A stretch of DNA of 64,000 bases, from positions 3,410,001 to 3,474,000 of the forward strand of contig NC_047072.1 of the NCBI RefSeq assembly GCF_902459465.1. The letters run 5' to 3'. The notes below the pieces were generated by a model. That model was given only the letters and a program-made list of their open reading frames with translations. It was not told the DNA's origin and made no database searches. Made by a program: the position numbers and the translations under genes. Positions 39,729 through 54,700 of this stretch are shown here, piece after piece. Each line of letters starts with the position of its first letter. Position 1 is the first letter of the stretch. Source of the stretch: Asterias rubens (lineage: Eukaryota).

Positions 39729-42700
39729 CTGGACAGAACAAAACAACATTATTTGAAATAATTGAAGACAAAGTAAGTCTTATCTTAATAAAAGCACTTC
39801 AATTTCAATCTAAAGTCTTTCTCGTTAAACTTGTATAATTTGTGGTTAGATGATCCCCTCACCTCTTTCGAGGTTGTATCCTAAACTTTTGTGTGACCTC
39901 TGACAGTATGCATAATCATTGAAAGGTTGAATGATTCTAACCCCTCGGCTTCACCTCGTTGAATTGGTTATCTTTGTTTGACAAGGGTAATGCCGATTAT
40001 TAGGTAGACCGTCCACATAGGGTCTGTGTCTGCCCGCAGCTCGCTGGAAAGCCGGCGTGTTGATCAGGAAGTCATTGGTTCCAATCCCGCTCTTAGTAAA
40101 TTAGTCTTTGTTCAATGCAACATTATTTAAAATGTAACCAGTCAGTTCCCTTAGTATTTTCTACTTGATCATTTGCACTTCCTATTAGTACCAATCCTTC
40201 AACTTAAAACGATTTCAAAAGTTGAGCAAATTGCAAATAGCAAACCAGTGTTGTTTATTTGGATAGCTACGGCTACAGGCATAAACTACCCCGGAATGGG
40301 GTAGTTCTATGATCTCCCTCGCTTTGTGGCCATTGGATCGTTTCTCGTAATTACACTAAAACAAACAGATCGACTTGTCGCAAACTTACAATGTCCTGTC
40401 TTTTCTTTAACGACATTTACGAGAAATGCTTTAGAGCAAACCCGGACGGGTTAAGGTGGTGCAACAAACGCCTTAACAAATGTTGGGAGAAAACGCGATG
40501 AGAAATCTTTTGCTGAAACAACCCAATACAAGCTGAGAAATCACAAACGTGTATTACAATAACAACACAAACATGAACAGGGTATCGATTAAGTTGTTCC
40601 CTCCCTCTAGCTTAAAAGTCTGTTTTAAATACATTTGATCTGAATAGTAAATAGATGCATCATGACATTGAGCAGAACTTCGCCTATCACATCCTTTAAA
40701 GATCAAGCATCGATCATTATTGCAAAGAGCATCGTGGGGCATTAAATGAAGACCCTATTACAACACATCATCTGAACTTACTTTCCGAATGCTTCCCCTT
40801 CTTCCAGAGTCTCAGGGAGTTTCTTGTGGTTAGTCTCTGGGAGAAGCAATGCAAGCAGACCCGCCAGAATGGACAAAGAACCAAACAAGATAAATGGCAG
40901 AGGTTCCCATACAGTCTTCAACTGTAGAATATAGGGAGAGAGGATACCCGCAACACGGGCAGCAGTGGATGACAAACCCATCCCGGCACTCCTGTATCAC
41001 AAAGGGGTTTAGGCAGTCATTCATTTATTGATTAATAATCAAAATATTATAAAACGTGAAACTCAAGATCATGTGTGTTAACATAATGAAACAATTATAA
41101 GTGCATGCCAAAGAAACAAGAAATATGCTTAAACAGAAAAAGAAGAATTCGGCCATAAAACATAAACCAGCCTTGCTTTGAATTAAGCGTTGGGACCTAG
41201 GCTCTAGAAATGAATTAATTTACCAACCTCTTTTAATCGACTAACTATTTTAATTGTGGACAAAGACAATTTTCAAATAAAAAAAGGTACCATTTCTTCA
41301 TAATCATAATGCAGTCTAAGAAACGATTGACTTTTTCAAGACATAATTTTATTCTTTCTTTTGGTACACACTTATTGCAGTACGTGCTATATTGTTTACT
41401 TGTCATTAATATTCTGTATGAGTTTAATATTATTTTATGTTTTACTTTTTTTTTATCTGGACGCATTGATTCGGTGCAAAACAAAGGTAAACAAATATCC
41501 TGGATAAAAACGGTTGGTTCCCTCAAAATAATAGCTCGTTTTCATTGCATAATAATCCTAGAATAAACGATTCTAATTCATAAGGCGAAGTTTGCCTTGG
41601 GACTTTACCGACCATCCTGACAAACGAGAGAGATTTACGTGAGATAGCGCTTAAAACCAGCCAGCAATCTAATCCTCATATTTTACAAGTCAAGTTTCCG
41701 TTAACCTAAGGGTCACTGGTTTCTAATGGTGGGCACGTAATCTCTTTCGTCATGATGGTCGGTAGCATCCCAATAAATTTTCGCCTAATAAATTCAATAA
41801 ACTTGTTTAATGTTAGGATCTAATGGGAGACTTTCTGGGACGATAGAGGGCAGCAGACTTACCGGGTAAATCCATTGTTCTCAGAATTATGCGCATGTTC
41901 AGAACTACGTAAACAATGGAAATTTACCCGGTATGTCTGCTGCCACCTAGCGTTGGAAAGTCTCCTATTGTTTACCACCATGACGTCACTACAGAGACCA
42001 CGTGAGATGTCTAGAGTAACGGAAACTTGACTTATCGAATTAGAGAACCACTAAAGAGTTGAAAAACATAATAATTATGTTAATAACATATGTAACACAG
42101 TTTCATCAACATGATTCAGACAACTTTATTGGATCAATTTGTGTTCAGATTTATTTGTGGTTAATTATATTAATTTTGGTTTTTACCCATACACCGATGT
42201 GTGTTAGCACTGTATACTCAGTACTTTCCCGAGTCCTGTGAAAAAATATCACAGGCATGTTACTCGGGTAACATGCCTGTGATATTTTTTTTATTTATTT
42301 TTTAACAGGACTCGGGAAAGTACTGAGTATACAGTGCTAACACACATCGGTGTATGGGTAAAAACCAAAATTAATATTCTTTATCCCCGATGGTTAATTA
42401 TAACTACACACAAAATTAAGAACCTTGTTTTATTACAATACGTTTCTTAAAGGGACACACCGGCTCACCGTTTACGCAATTTAGGGGTGTATAATCATAA
42501 ATAATGTTTTTATAGATGGTTGCTGTAAAATAAATCATCATAATGTCACGAATTTAGCGAAAAATGATTTTAAAAACCCAAAGCGGTAAAAGGCCAGCGT
42601 ATACGTGTTTCCAGCCGTTGCAACTGTCAGATTTTATATTATGGGAATAAAAGGGCAGTGACGAGTTAAAGCCGGCAGTGTCGTGGCCGTGTGATAAAGG

Positions 42701-45700
42701 CCCGAGCCGAGGTTAAAAGGCGTATATAGAAACTCGGTGAAAACTTATCCGTTTTCTGACGTCCCTGGCATGTTCATTTTTAAGAGATCAGTCAACCGGG
42801 GGATCGAGGTTGTTGGCTAACCCACACAAATGGTAACCGAAAGCCATCGTAGTAGAAGCGGCGTCTATTAATCAACTACGATTACCGACGATTACACCTG
42901 GACCAATGGCCGACCAGCGGGTTTCTACTTCGAAGTGGTTGCCGACAGTGCTGCGTTTTTATTGATCACAGAGATATATCTTACCACGATGTCACCACAA
43001 CGCTGCTTTTACGAATGGCGTTCACACTACGTGATTTTGCCCCGCTTATTGTAGGCTACGACCCGGCTATACGATTATTTTAAACATGTTCAAAATAAAC
43101 GTGGGGAGACAATGCGGCTTCCCGACATAGGAGATCCCACCCCGACAAAACCACGCCCATGGAGATCCTCCCACGTCTGGCCCATGATAGGCCCGCGATT
43201 GACCACGCTCTCGGCCACTTTTCCATCGTAGCAGAAGCGGTGTCTATGTATGACAGGTGTATAAACGACGGAGCAGGACAGATACACCCCCTCCGCAGCT
43301 GGTTGCATCGCACAATGACGGCTGCTGGCTGGTAATCGCTATCAAACGTGGAATCTGGGGGTGACGTCAGGATGTGAGGTAGAATTCGGGGTATAGAAAT
43401 AATTGTTTCTTGGAACACTGTTTCAAAAGAACGAAACGCCAATGTTTGTAACTGCTTTACCTGTTGATACGTGATTCTTTTACCTGTACCTTTAGGGGCT
43501 CGATCATCTTCCAATATTCCATCTAACTTCACTTTCCAGCTTTACATACCTTACAGGTGTAGGGAATATCTCTCCTGACACGACGTAGATAGTCGCAAAC
43601 GATGCTGTAATGCAAAACTTCCCAATCATGGCAATAACTGTCCTCACAATGCCCATTTCTGCATTTTAATCAAAGTAAATAAATCCAATACAGTTAGAAG
43701 CAACAAACAGCTGTTAATGAACAAAATACAAAAAAGTTACACGACTCTCAACCGTCACGGTCGTAGTTGTCTACGTGGTTGTTGTCTTTGTCGTCGTGGT
43801 AATCGTTGTCATAGTGGTTATGGTCATGTTCGTGGTCGAGGTTTTTTTCCTCATCACCATTGTCTTCGTGGTCATCGTGGTCGTCCTCAGCGTTGTTGTG
43901 TTGGTGTCGTTGTCGCTGTCCTTGTCGTTGAAGATTTTGTCACAGGATGGTTACTTGATGATATACAGGATAAGATTGACCATAGACAGTTTGGCAATGT
44001 TAAAGGTGTTTCCACCTCACACTACCTAACCCATTTAATGCATTATCTCTTTCAGGGAGCTGAGGAAAGTGGTAACCTGGGAACGGTGGTTCTTACCGAT
44101 TTCTCCAAGGCTTTTGACCTTATCGACCATACCCTCCTTATTGAAAAGATCATTGGCCTTGGAGTTCGTGGATCCATCGTTCCCTGGATTTGCGACTTTC
44201 TCCATCTCAGACAACAATGTGTTAAGTACAACAATATTCTTTCTGACTATGTGTTTTTAAAGGGTGGTGTGCCTCAAGGTACAACATTGGGTCCAGTTGG
44301 GTTTCAGATTGTAATTAACGATGCTGTTCAGGGCTCAAAATCTCAGTACTGGAAATACGTTGATGACCTGACATTTGCTGAGAATCGTAATATTTCTGAC
44401 CTGGCCATCTTCAGAATGACCTGTATTGCTTTCAAAAATGGTCTGATGAAAAATTACTCAGGCATAATCCCAGCAAGTGTCGGGCCCTCCAAGTAAGTTT
44501 CAGTAAAGCTCCTCCCCCAAAAACTTATCTTAAAATCGGTTCTGAATCTATTCAGACACTGAGGAGGCTAAAGTTCTTGGCATTGTACTTCAAAGCAATC
44601 TTAAATGGGATGCCCAAGTTAATGACATGATACGCAACAAAGCGAACAGACGTTTGTTTATGCTTAGAACATTGAAACGTTTTGGTTTTGACTGCAACGA
44701 ATTCAAAATAGTTTATGAAGGGTATGTGCGATCTACACTTGAATACGCTGATGTAGTTTGGCATTCTGGTTTGACAAAAAAACAAAGTGACGACATTGAA
44801 CAAATTCAAAAAAGAGCCTGTAGAACCATGGAGGAAGGAAGAGAAGGAGCTCGAACGAAGGGACTTCAAAAGTCGAACCTGCGGTACCGCGGTCGTTTAA
44901 CAACACCTTGTAATCACCCACATACCTTTATACAGACAATGGGCGACCTGGCATAATGTGAGTTTGCGCGTGTGCACTTGGTTCTTCACTCAACTATGGT
45001 GTCGTATGTCGTATGGATATAATACAGAAAAACAACTTTTTTGAGACCTGATAAAAATTGTGTACACTTGTGCCCACCAAATCGAAAAACACAATTGAAT
45101 ACCTACCACCCTCGTGTGGTAAAACCCAAATTTTGAACCACCGCTTGTGACCGGAAAGTCACAAAAAATGTAAAAATGTGCCATGATGTTTCCGTGAAAC
45201 ACTACAAACGGTAAATGAAAACATGTATATTCACAATTCTTGTCTCCAATGATTCAACTTTACAAGCAGGCAAGAGCGCAGACTGGCGATACCACACGTT
45301 CTGTACAAAGAGATCAAATCCTGCTTGTTAATCGGCCGTCCAGCTGGAGGTCTCCTATCTTTTTCCACTGGCCAGACAGGGGCATTGTCAGAGTATTCTT
45401 TTGTTACTCTGCGGTTTTGCGGGTCGTTCGAGCTCCTTCTTTTCCTTCCTCCATGGTAGACCCATCTTAGGTCATTCATATCTGTCTTATACTGATGCCT
45501 TAGAATTGTGTAATCTTGTCTCTTTATCTAACCGAAGGGTGGACCACTGCCGTGGATTTGCGGAGGGTTTGCCTAAATCAGACCGAACCAGTGGTCTCCT
45601 TCCTCCATCCAGGTTGGAAAGTCATGGCAGATGCCTCCGAAGTGCCACCAACATATCCCAGCTCCGTGTCAAAACCAATCGTTTTCAAAATAGCCCAATT

Positions 45701-48700
45701 GCTGATTTCATTAATTTGATTAACACCCAATGATTATGTTTTTTCTCTTTCTCTGGTTGCATTTTGAATTGTTGTTAGTCTTATTGATTGTTTTCCTCAG
45801 CCAGTCCTATTTCCGTGTGTTTTTGATAGCGTGTTTTTATCCTGCCTTCTATTTGTTTTACGTATTTTTTGTGCTTTTTTGTATTATTGCAGTTCATCAT
45901 TGTTTGTATTCAACCAGTCCTGTTCTTGTAATAATAATTATATCAATAATAATAATATGTGTTTTTTAATATCTTTTTATATTTATAATATTAATTATAT
46001 CAATAATAATAATGTTTTTACTTTTTAATTATTGTAAATCATGTGCAATTTGGCCTGTGGGCCACGAAATGTGATTCCAATAAAATGAAATGAAATGAAA
46101 AAAAATGAAAACTAATAATTGTTTTCTTCTTATGTGCCAATGGAAACTAAATTTCTGTTTATTTATGATGCAGACAATAAAACATTCTAATTGTAATTGT
46201 TATTTTGGTTTCGAAATAGTATTTTTTTACCTAGGAAAGCAGTAATGACGCAAGCAATGCCTCCAATCAACATACTGCCGCTCAGGTTATATCTACGGCC
46301 GTACTGCAAGGCGAAGAGGCAGAAGATGAGAGACGGGAATTCCACTAAACCTGAGATTGCTGCTGCCACGTAGTCATCAACCCCGAGATCTGAGGTGCTC
46401 AAACCCAATCCATAGTACACCATGCTGTTCACTGCCCTGTTGTATAGGAGCGAATGTATACAGGGTCAAACTGACGAGAAACGTTTGTAAACGATGTCTG
46501 TTCAAAATCACAAGTGAAAGAAAGATTTCTTTGTGAAACACACAAGGTTTTATACGCATTTGTTGGCATCTTCTGATCTTACTAGAAGCTATACTTACCA
46601 GTTAAACATCATATTCAACGTCTTAATGCACATGTTTGGAGAAGCAAACAGACCAAATGCAGTTTGCTTGGCTGCCGAGTGCGTTTCAGCCTGGTAAAAA
46701 TGAGACAGTTTGTACACTTCGATTAAGTTAAGACGGAAGCAAAATACACAATAAGTAAAGGCATATAGGATTTGAGGCATTGCATGGTGAGGTATCAAAG
46801 TATATTTGGTTTGCGGTAACACTATGTGTGTATCTAAATTGTTCTTAGGGAACTGTCTTGCTTTATTCTACTGCCGCGGAGTAGATAATCGGAGGTTTGG
46901 GAGACTTATCAGTTCTGAAAAGAACTGTCCTGTGCCCAATTTCATAGAGCTGCTTAACGGTAAGCAAATTTTTTCGCTTAACGTAGCAAAAATAATTGCT
47001 TAAAACCATTCGGATTCCATGCTAAACGTACACGAGCTTAAGCACGTAAACAATCTCCGCGCGGAGATTTTAGATCGTTTGCTTAAGCAAAACAGAAGAA
47101 GGCAGTGTATTTTGCACTGTGTGCATGGCCTAGGGCTGCTTAACGGTAAGCAAATATGTTGGCTTAACGTAGCAACAAAAATTGCTCAACCGTAAACCTA
47201 TTTCACCAGCGGTTGCTAGCTTAAGCACGTAAACAAACTGCGCGCGCAACATTTTAGATCGTTTGCTTAAGCGAAAAAGAAGAAAAAATGGCGAAAATGA
47301 CAAAATGGCGGGCGAAATAAATGCGGAGTGCACTCGAGTGGCGATAAAAAAAATTCATCACCTTCTGTGTCTGATATGTATTATTTGTAATGGTTCAAAG
47401 TACCCCTCGAAAGGTTTACACGCTTACTTGAAAGTAAACAAGAAGATAATACATTGTACAGCATGATTCTGAAGATTTTAGACACTCGTTTATTCGCTAC
47501 ACCTACCATACAAACGCACGTACAATCACCGCTGTGCCGGCACAATAACATCGTTTGCAATGAGTGTTGTACTATGCGCTGTGTGAATAGGGTGCTTAAG
47601 CAAAATAGAGGCTTTAAGGACCCTTTTTGTTTGCTTACCTATGTAAGCAAAAAACCTTGCTTAAGCAAGGGTATGAAATGAAAAATTTGCTAGTTGCGCC
47701 CGTTAAGCACAAAATCGACCGTTACGGGATGCAGCTCTTTGAAACTGGGCCCGGCGCTTAAACAGGGTGCTTAAGCAAAGGGGCTTTAAGGACCCTTTTT
47801 GCTTGCTTGCCTCGCCGTTTTAAGCAAAAAACCTTGCTTAAGCAAGGCTATGAAATGAAAAACTTGCTAGGTGCACCCGTTAAGCACAAAATCGACCGTT
47901 AAGCAGCTCTATGAAATTGGGCCCTGATTTTAACTATTGCGCCTTGTCTCTCAAGTGCTATGATTCGAGCCTGATCCCAATCTATGACATGGTCTAAATC
48001 GGTGGAGTGTTTGACAATGGTTGATTTGTCATATTCCCCTCTGCGGCCGTGTGCTTTATGTTCTTTTAGCCTGGTAGTTAGGTCTCTACCGGTCTTGCCA
48101 ATGTACACTTTACCACAAGTACAAGGAATTCGATAGACCCCTGCCTGACTGCTAGAGTCATGCTTGTCTTTATGAGTGTGTAGATTCGTTTCCAACTTGT
48201 TGCGAGTTCGGTAGTAGACCTTGATTTCTGCCTCAAGGAGGATCCGTTGAATTTTGTGTGAGGTATGGAAGGACCGCAATGGGCATGATTGTGCAGACTG
48301 AGAGTTGTGTTTTGAAAGGGACTCTCGTTTGTTTGGTCTTTACCCATTCTCTTTTAGCACTGTGTTAAGGTGCTCCAGTTCAGTAGGTAAATGTTCCTTG
48401 TCACAAATAATGTGTGCCCTTTGAAGTAGGGTTCGGTTCACTGAGGCTTTCACAGAAGGAAGATGGAATGACCGAGCGTTGAGGTAGCGGTCTGTATGGG
48501 TGGGTTTTCTGTACACGGAGTGTGCTAGAGAACGATCAGTCCTCTTGGAAATGAGTACATCAAGGAAAGGTAATGAATCGGATGTCTCAGTTTCCATGGT
48601 GAACTGAATGTTCGGATGCTGGCGGTTAATATGACTAAGGAAGTCATCAAGGTTTTCCAATCCATGTGACCAAATGATGAACGTGTCATCCACATATCGG

Positions 48701-51700
48701 AGCCAAAGCTTGGGTTTGAGTCGAGCGGTATACCCAGGGCTTTCTGTTCAAAATCTTCCACGAAAATGTTCGCTAACCTGAGGAAATAGGAGACCCCATG
48801 GGAGTTCCCTTTTGTTGGTTTTTTCTTGCATGCAGTTTAATAAGTGGGTTTGTTCCTTTACATGCAGTTATGAGGGTTAGTTCTTATAACTGCAGTTATA
48901 CTGGTTGGTTCTCACATGGAATTTGTGTTGTTGGTTCTAACCTGCAGTTTTGTAGTTTGTCATTTCCTACAGATTTGGTGGTTAGTTATTATTACCTACG
49001 GTTTTAATGTTTGTTAGTTCTTTCTTCCAGTTTTGTTGGTTGGTTGTAACATGCAGTTTCATTGGTTCATTCTTACCTGTGCAGCTCTGATATTTGCATT
49101 GGTAAACACATCTTCTGGAAAATCCCTTTTATTCGATTTTGCCAGTTTTCTGAGCGTAGTTTCAGCTTGTCGATACCGTCCTTTAGATATCTGCCAACGA
49201 GCTGATTCCGGGAAGTAACTATTTGAGAAAGATTTAAAGAACGATGAATCAATGCAGGGACAGCACGGAGGTATAGGTGGGTATTTTTAATTAGTCAACA
49301 GAAAGTGATTAAGCTCTTTCTTAATGAAGGCTGCCACCAGACGATCTTTCACGGATGTATTCAAATACAAATATAGTGTGTTGTTAATGCTGTTTCGGTT
49401 GAAGTTTAGAAAACGTGACAGGTACAATATAAGTGGTACAATGTTGCTTTCTTGGTGGTTATAATGATCACTGACTGTCCTCGAGCCTCTTAGAGGGTAG
49501 TACAAGGCCTGGGTTATACTCACAAGTATAGAAGCAGATACAGAATTGTTGGAACAGCTATCAGAAGCTGCAAAGGTCTCCAAGTCGGAACAAAGTAGGC
49601 AATCAACGGAAGGATTGACAAACCAATGGAGGGAAATATCTGAACAGAGATACCGACCAAGACACGTTTGTTCGGACCAATGAATTCACATGCTGTGGGT
49701 GGAAAGGGTGTCAAGCATAATTTATACATGTATCACAAATTGTTATGAAGAAAAGAGACGGAAGCCGACCAAGGGCCAGGTGAAATATTTTGTACATGAG
49801 CGCGAATATTTTTTTCGTACCATTTATCTGGCGGCCACCACTTATTATCTAGAGCATGAAGCAGGATCAAAGTGAAGCAAGTCAATGTATTACAAAGAGA
49901 GCACGCACTTAAAATCCGCTAAATAAAGAAAGTGAGTTTCCTTCCTCCATTGTGGTACAGACAATTATATTGCGGATATTCATGGAACATTACAGAATTC
50001 TAAGAAAAAAAATCGTTTGTCAGTTTGTGTATATGGTGGACTACAAAGTGTTTACACTGCTAGCAACTGTTTCGTTAGAAAACAGAACATTCTGTAATGT
50101 TCCTTTAAAGTCACCTTGAAGTGGTATTTTGGCAAAATTTGTGTTTTGATGAGTGGAATGTAACAAAAAACGTACAAACTCATGACTTGGACTTGCATGT
50201 ATATTTGCACGTGTGTTTACTCTACGTATCAAGGCAAAGTCTGCCTCGATTGACGTCACAAAAGGGGTAGGCGGAGTCAACCCCCAAACAACTTTAACTG
50301 TTTTTTAAACGTATAAATCGTGACAAACAATTACTTTAAAAAAATATGTTGTTGTTACTAAACATTATACTCTTATGTTTGCAAAAATAAAAATTATATT
50401 TCCAGGTGACTTTAAGTGGCAGCCGCCAAATATATGGTACAAAAACATTCTGGCGCTCATAGACAAATTATCTTTACCAATTAATAAATGAATTCATTAA
50501 TACATGGTTAAATATATGAACATGCTCCTTGCAATACTGTAATTGTGTAACACCGTTTAAAAACAAATTGCATATTTTTCAGCTTAACAGCTTTATGAAG
50601 ATTAGCAAAGAAAAAGAACTGATCTTCAGTGCCGACAGCCGACAAACTGGTTTCTGTTTACACTTTTGCACTTGCCAAGGCACTGACCTGTCAACTTCCT
50701 TTTTCTGTTTTTCTGTTCATTTTTGGGTTGCAAGGGGGTTAATTTTATAGGCTAATGTTTAACGTAACCATGACATGTGCTGCAGAGTATAAACCATAAA
50801 TATCGGATTGACTGATACAAATTATAAAGGCCCTGTCACACCATGGCGTATCGCCTGAACGTATGCCAACGTATGCACAAAATAGTTCGAAAATTGTCAA
50901 AGTCCAAGACCGTCCAACTTCCAAACGAATTGCATCGAAAAAGTCGACATCGGTGTTGGAAAGGCTGTATACATAGCGTATTGATAGCGTTTTACTAACT
51001 AATAACAAAGTTATGACAGCGTATCACAGCATATGCAAGCATATGAGTAACGTAACGTATGCCTAAAGCCAAAGCAGTGAGATATAAACGAAATATTGTT
51101 CGTGGATTTTTAAAGTGGTAATACCTTACAGTAGAAATAGTCACCGACGTATATCAACGTATACCAACCTACGAGTAACGTTCCTCTAACGTATGCCAGC
51201 GTATGTCAACGTATGTCAACGTATGTCTAACGTACCATGAACTTACGGGGAACTTATGCAGAACGTATGAAGCACACGTTCAGTTCGCCGAGAAATTTTG
51301 AACATGCTCAAAATAATTCGCAGGCTCGACGTGTTCAAAATTTTAACAGCGTATCACAGCGTGCTCTTAACGTAAACGACATATCCCCAACTTACCCCAA
51401 ACTTATATCAGCGTACACCAACGTATTTTCAATATTTCGCATACGTTGGCTTACGTTTAGCCGATACGCCATGGTGTGACAGGGCCTTAACTCTTGCGTT
51501 GAGGGAAACGAACAAGGGACGGTAGTATTGTGGGTATTTGCTTTCCTAAATCCAGCGCGTTATAATAGTGAACGTACCTAGGACGTATGCCACAAGATAC
51601 GATCCAATCCCGCCAGCAGCTACAAAGAATCTCAGCAGCATGTAAGCAAAGAAATTGGGTGAAAACGTGTTGCCAATAGACGCTAACATGAACAAAATAG

Positions 51701-54700
51701 TTGATATGAAGACGGTAGGTTTACGTCCAAGCCTGTTATGGAGAAACAAAAACAAAACAAAAGCAATATTCAATATTCAGAACTATTTATCGGATTCTGA
51801 AAATCGATTAATTTTGCACCAGTCATTAATCGTCGTTTAGTCAGTTATTTATTTTATGCACATGTTATTGGAATAGATTTACTCTTTTGTTGGTCAAAAT
51901 AATGGTGCTCTTTTGTGGGTCAAATTATTTTTTTTTCTCGCTTGTTGGTCAATATATTTGTGTTCATTTCTTTGTCAAAATATTTGTGCTCATCTGTTGT
52001 TCAAATTATCGTTGCTCTTTAATTATCGTTTTTTTTTTTTTTTAATCAGTGTAGGCTCAGATATTGACTGTCCAAACTGCCCAGTTTTACACAGATAGGG
52101 CCACCCACATTAGTGGTATGTAGCCTATATCAACCACCAGTTTATGGTCATATAAAATAACCACTGCTTGTTTCAAATATAGCTGTTACCCATGTAGGTC
52201 CGAGAATTCAAGGCATGGGTAGAGTTAATCATTTGGATTCTGTTTTTCGGTTTACTTTTATATGGACTAAACCAATAATAGGTTAAGCTTGCTCTAAAAG
52301 GGGTTTAACAAGCTTCAGTGTTGGTTGAACACGTTTAAACCAATGGGGTAGATCAGGAGACCATTAATTGGTCTAAATGTACAATGTGTTAACAAACGGG
52401 TTCAAAATCCACCCAATATTGGTCGAGCTTATCCCCAAAACAAAGGTTAACAACCAATCTCAATGTTGGGCAATGGAGAACAAGATACCATCTGTTGAAC
52501 TTAAGGTAAAAAACAAGTATATTTTACCACGTATTGGTTAAGAGTTTTTTAAATGACCAATTTACTAGGGAAGTTTTGCTAGTTACAATATAGATTAACA
52601 AACAACTGGTACTTCGAAACTGACCACTCAACTCAACATATATTTCTCACATCGACCAGAGTGTGCATGTTTATTATTTTCTGATTAAGTAAAAGGGCCT
52701 CACTAAAATATTGTTTTTAAGTGTTAATTTCTTTTTTCTTTTTTTATTGAATTGTTGCCTTTTTTTTACTTGAAAAAAACCCATTATCTTTTATATAGGG
52801 TGCGTTCGTTTAGCTCCCCTGGGTCGACCACGCGGTGCTCACTCGGGTGAGCCCCTGACAAGAGCTAATCGAACGATCACACTCGCCCTCTCGTGGTAAT
52901 AGGGACTTTTCGTTTTCGGCGACGGATGGTTCTGCGACGGTTGTTCAGCTAAACGTTGTCGTTTTCAGCACAACGAAGATTCATCCCAAGTACTGTCGTA
53001 GAAATTGAGGGACGACCGTCCTCAAAGCCGACGCATGCGCACATGACGCCAAATGTCATCTTCACCGTCGCAGAACCATCCGTCGTTGAAAACGAAAAGT
53101 CCCTACTGGCATGCACCTCAGGGAACCCCAAGTGACCCACTCCACAAGCAGGGCACTGGGGCTGACCCGGGTGAGCCCCGCCAAAGCTGTTCGAACGTAC
53201 CGGGGCAGACCAGGGTCGACCCAGTGAAGCTTAACGAACGCACCCATAGATACTAATGTTACTGTGTTTGAACTTTGACCGTTTCTGCTCGCTGACTTAC
53301 CAATCCGCAACTGAGCCAAAGAAAAAAGAGCCGAAGAGAAGACCAGCGAAGTAGACGGATTGCAGGAAGCTGGATGCAGTCTGAGCGTCACATACAAGCT
53401 CGAACTATCGATAAAAAAATTGTGAAAATGCTTTTAAAACAATTCATTGGTTGAAATATGCTTTGGTTATGCTTATGGTCCCATTAATGTTAAGGACAGG
53501 AGAGACTGTAGTGTTATATACCGTATTGAATGTGACGTCACACGGCTTAAATATCTGACCTACAAGATGGCGACTTTTCATTGCAAAAAGGGGTTATTCA
53601 ATACGGTCTATAGTCAGCCTCGTTACCATGGGCAGCGCGCCGTATCGATACAAGGCATGCTGGGAAAAATGGCGCGGTGAGATCGATCACCCCTGAGAAC
53701 GAGGTTGGTCTATAGTGGCCTCATCATTGCACCCTAGGTTCTTATTGGGTGCGTTCGTTCAGCTTCCCTGGGTCATCCCCGGTCTGCCCCGGTGCGTTCG
53801 AATAGCTTTTGAGGTCATTCCAGGGGCTCACCCAGGTTAGCCCCCCCCCCCCCCCCCGCTCTGCTGGTGGAGTGGGTCACTGCACTTGGGGGCTTGCCCC
53901 AGGTAAACGACGTCACTACGAGAGCGGTGAGTGGTCGTTCGTTTAGCTCTTGTCAGGGGCTTACCCGAGTGAGCACCGCGGGGTAGACACAGGGAAGCTA
54001 AACAAACGCACCCATTGAGTCATCAATCAGGCCTCATCAGTGCCCCATGGGTCCTTTTGAGTCATCAATCAGTCATAATCAATGCACACTGGGTCCTTAA
54101 TGAGTGATCAATCAGGCCTCATCAGTGCACACTGGGTCCTTATTGAGTCATCAGTCAGGCCTCAGCAGTGCTTCCTGGGTCCTTATTGGGTCATCAGTCA
54201 GGCCTCATCCGTGCTTCCTGGGTCCTTATTATTGGGTCATCAATCAGACCTCATCAATGCACCCTGGGTCCTTATTGAGTCATCAATCAGGCCTCATCAG
54301 TGCATCCTGGGTCCTTATTGAATCATCAATCAGGCCTCATCAGTGCACCCTGTGTCCTTATTGAGCCATCAATCAGTCCTATGCAATGCACCTTGGGTCC
54401 TTAATGAGGCCTCATCAGTGCATCCTGGGTCCTTATTGAGTCATCAATCAGACCTCATCATTGCGCCCTGGGTCCTTATTTAGTCATCAATCAGACCACC
54501 TCATCAGTGCTTCCTGGGTCCTTATTGGGTCATCAATCAGGCCTCATCAATGCACCCTGGGTCCTTATTGAGTCATCAATCAGACCTCATCATTGTGCCC
54601 TGGGTCCGGCCCTATTGAGTCATCAATCAGGCATCATCATTGCGCCCTGGGTCCTTATTGAGTCATCAATCAGGCATCATCATTGTGCCCTGGGTCCTTA

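Noticed and set aside
43717-43930. Val-rich and Arg/Cys/His-rich ORF starts upstream of the RT
   Set aside because: GTC/GTT-type low-complexity tract read through into the LINE fragment
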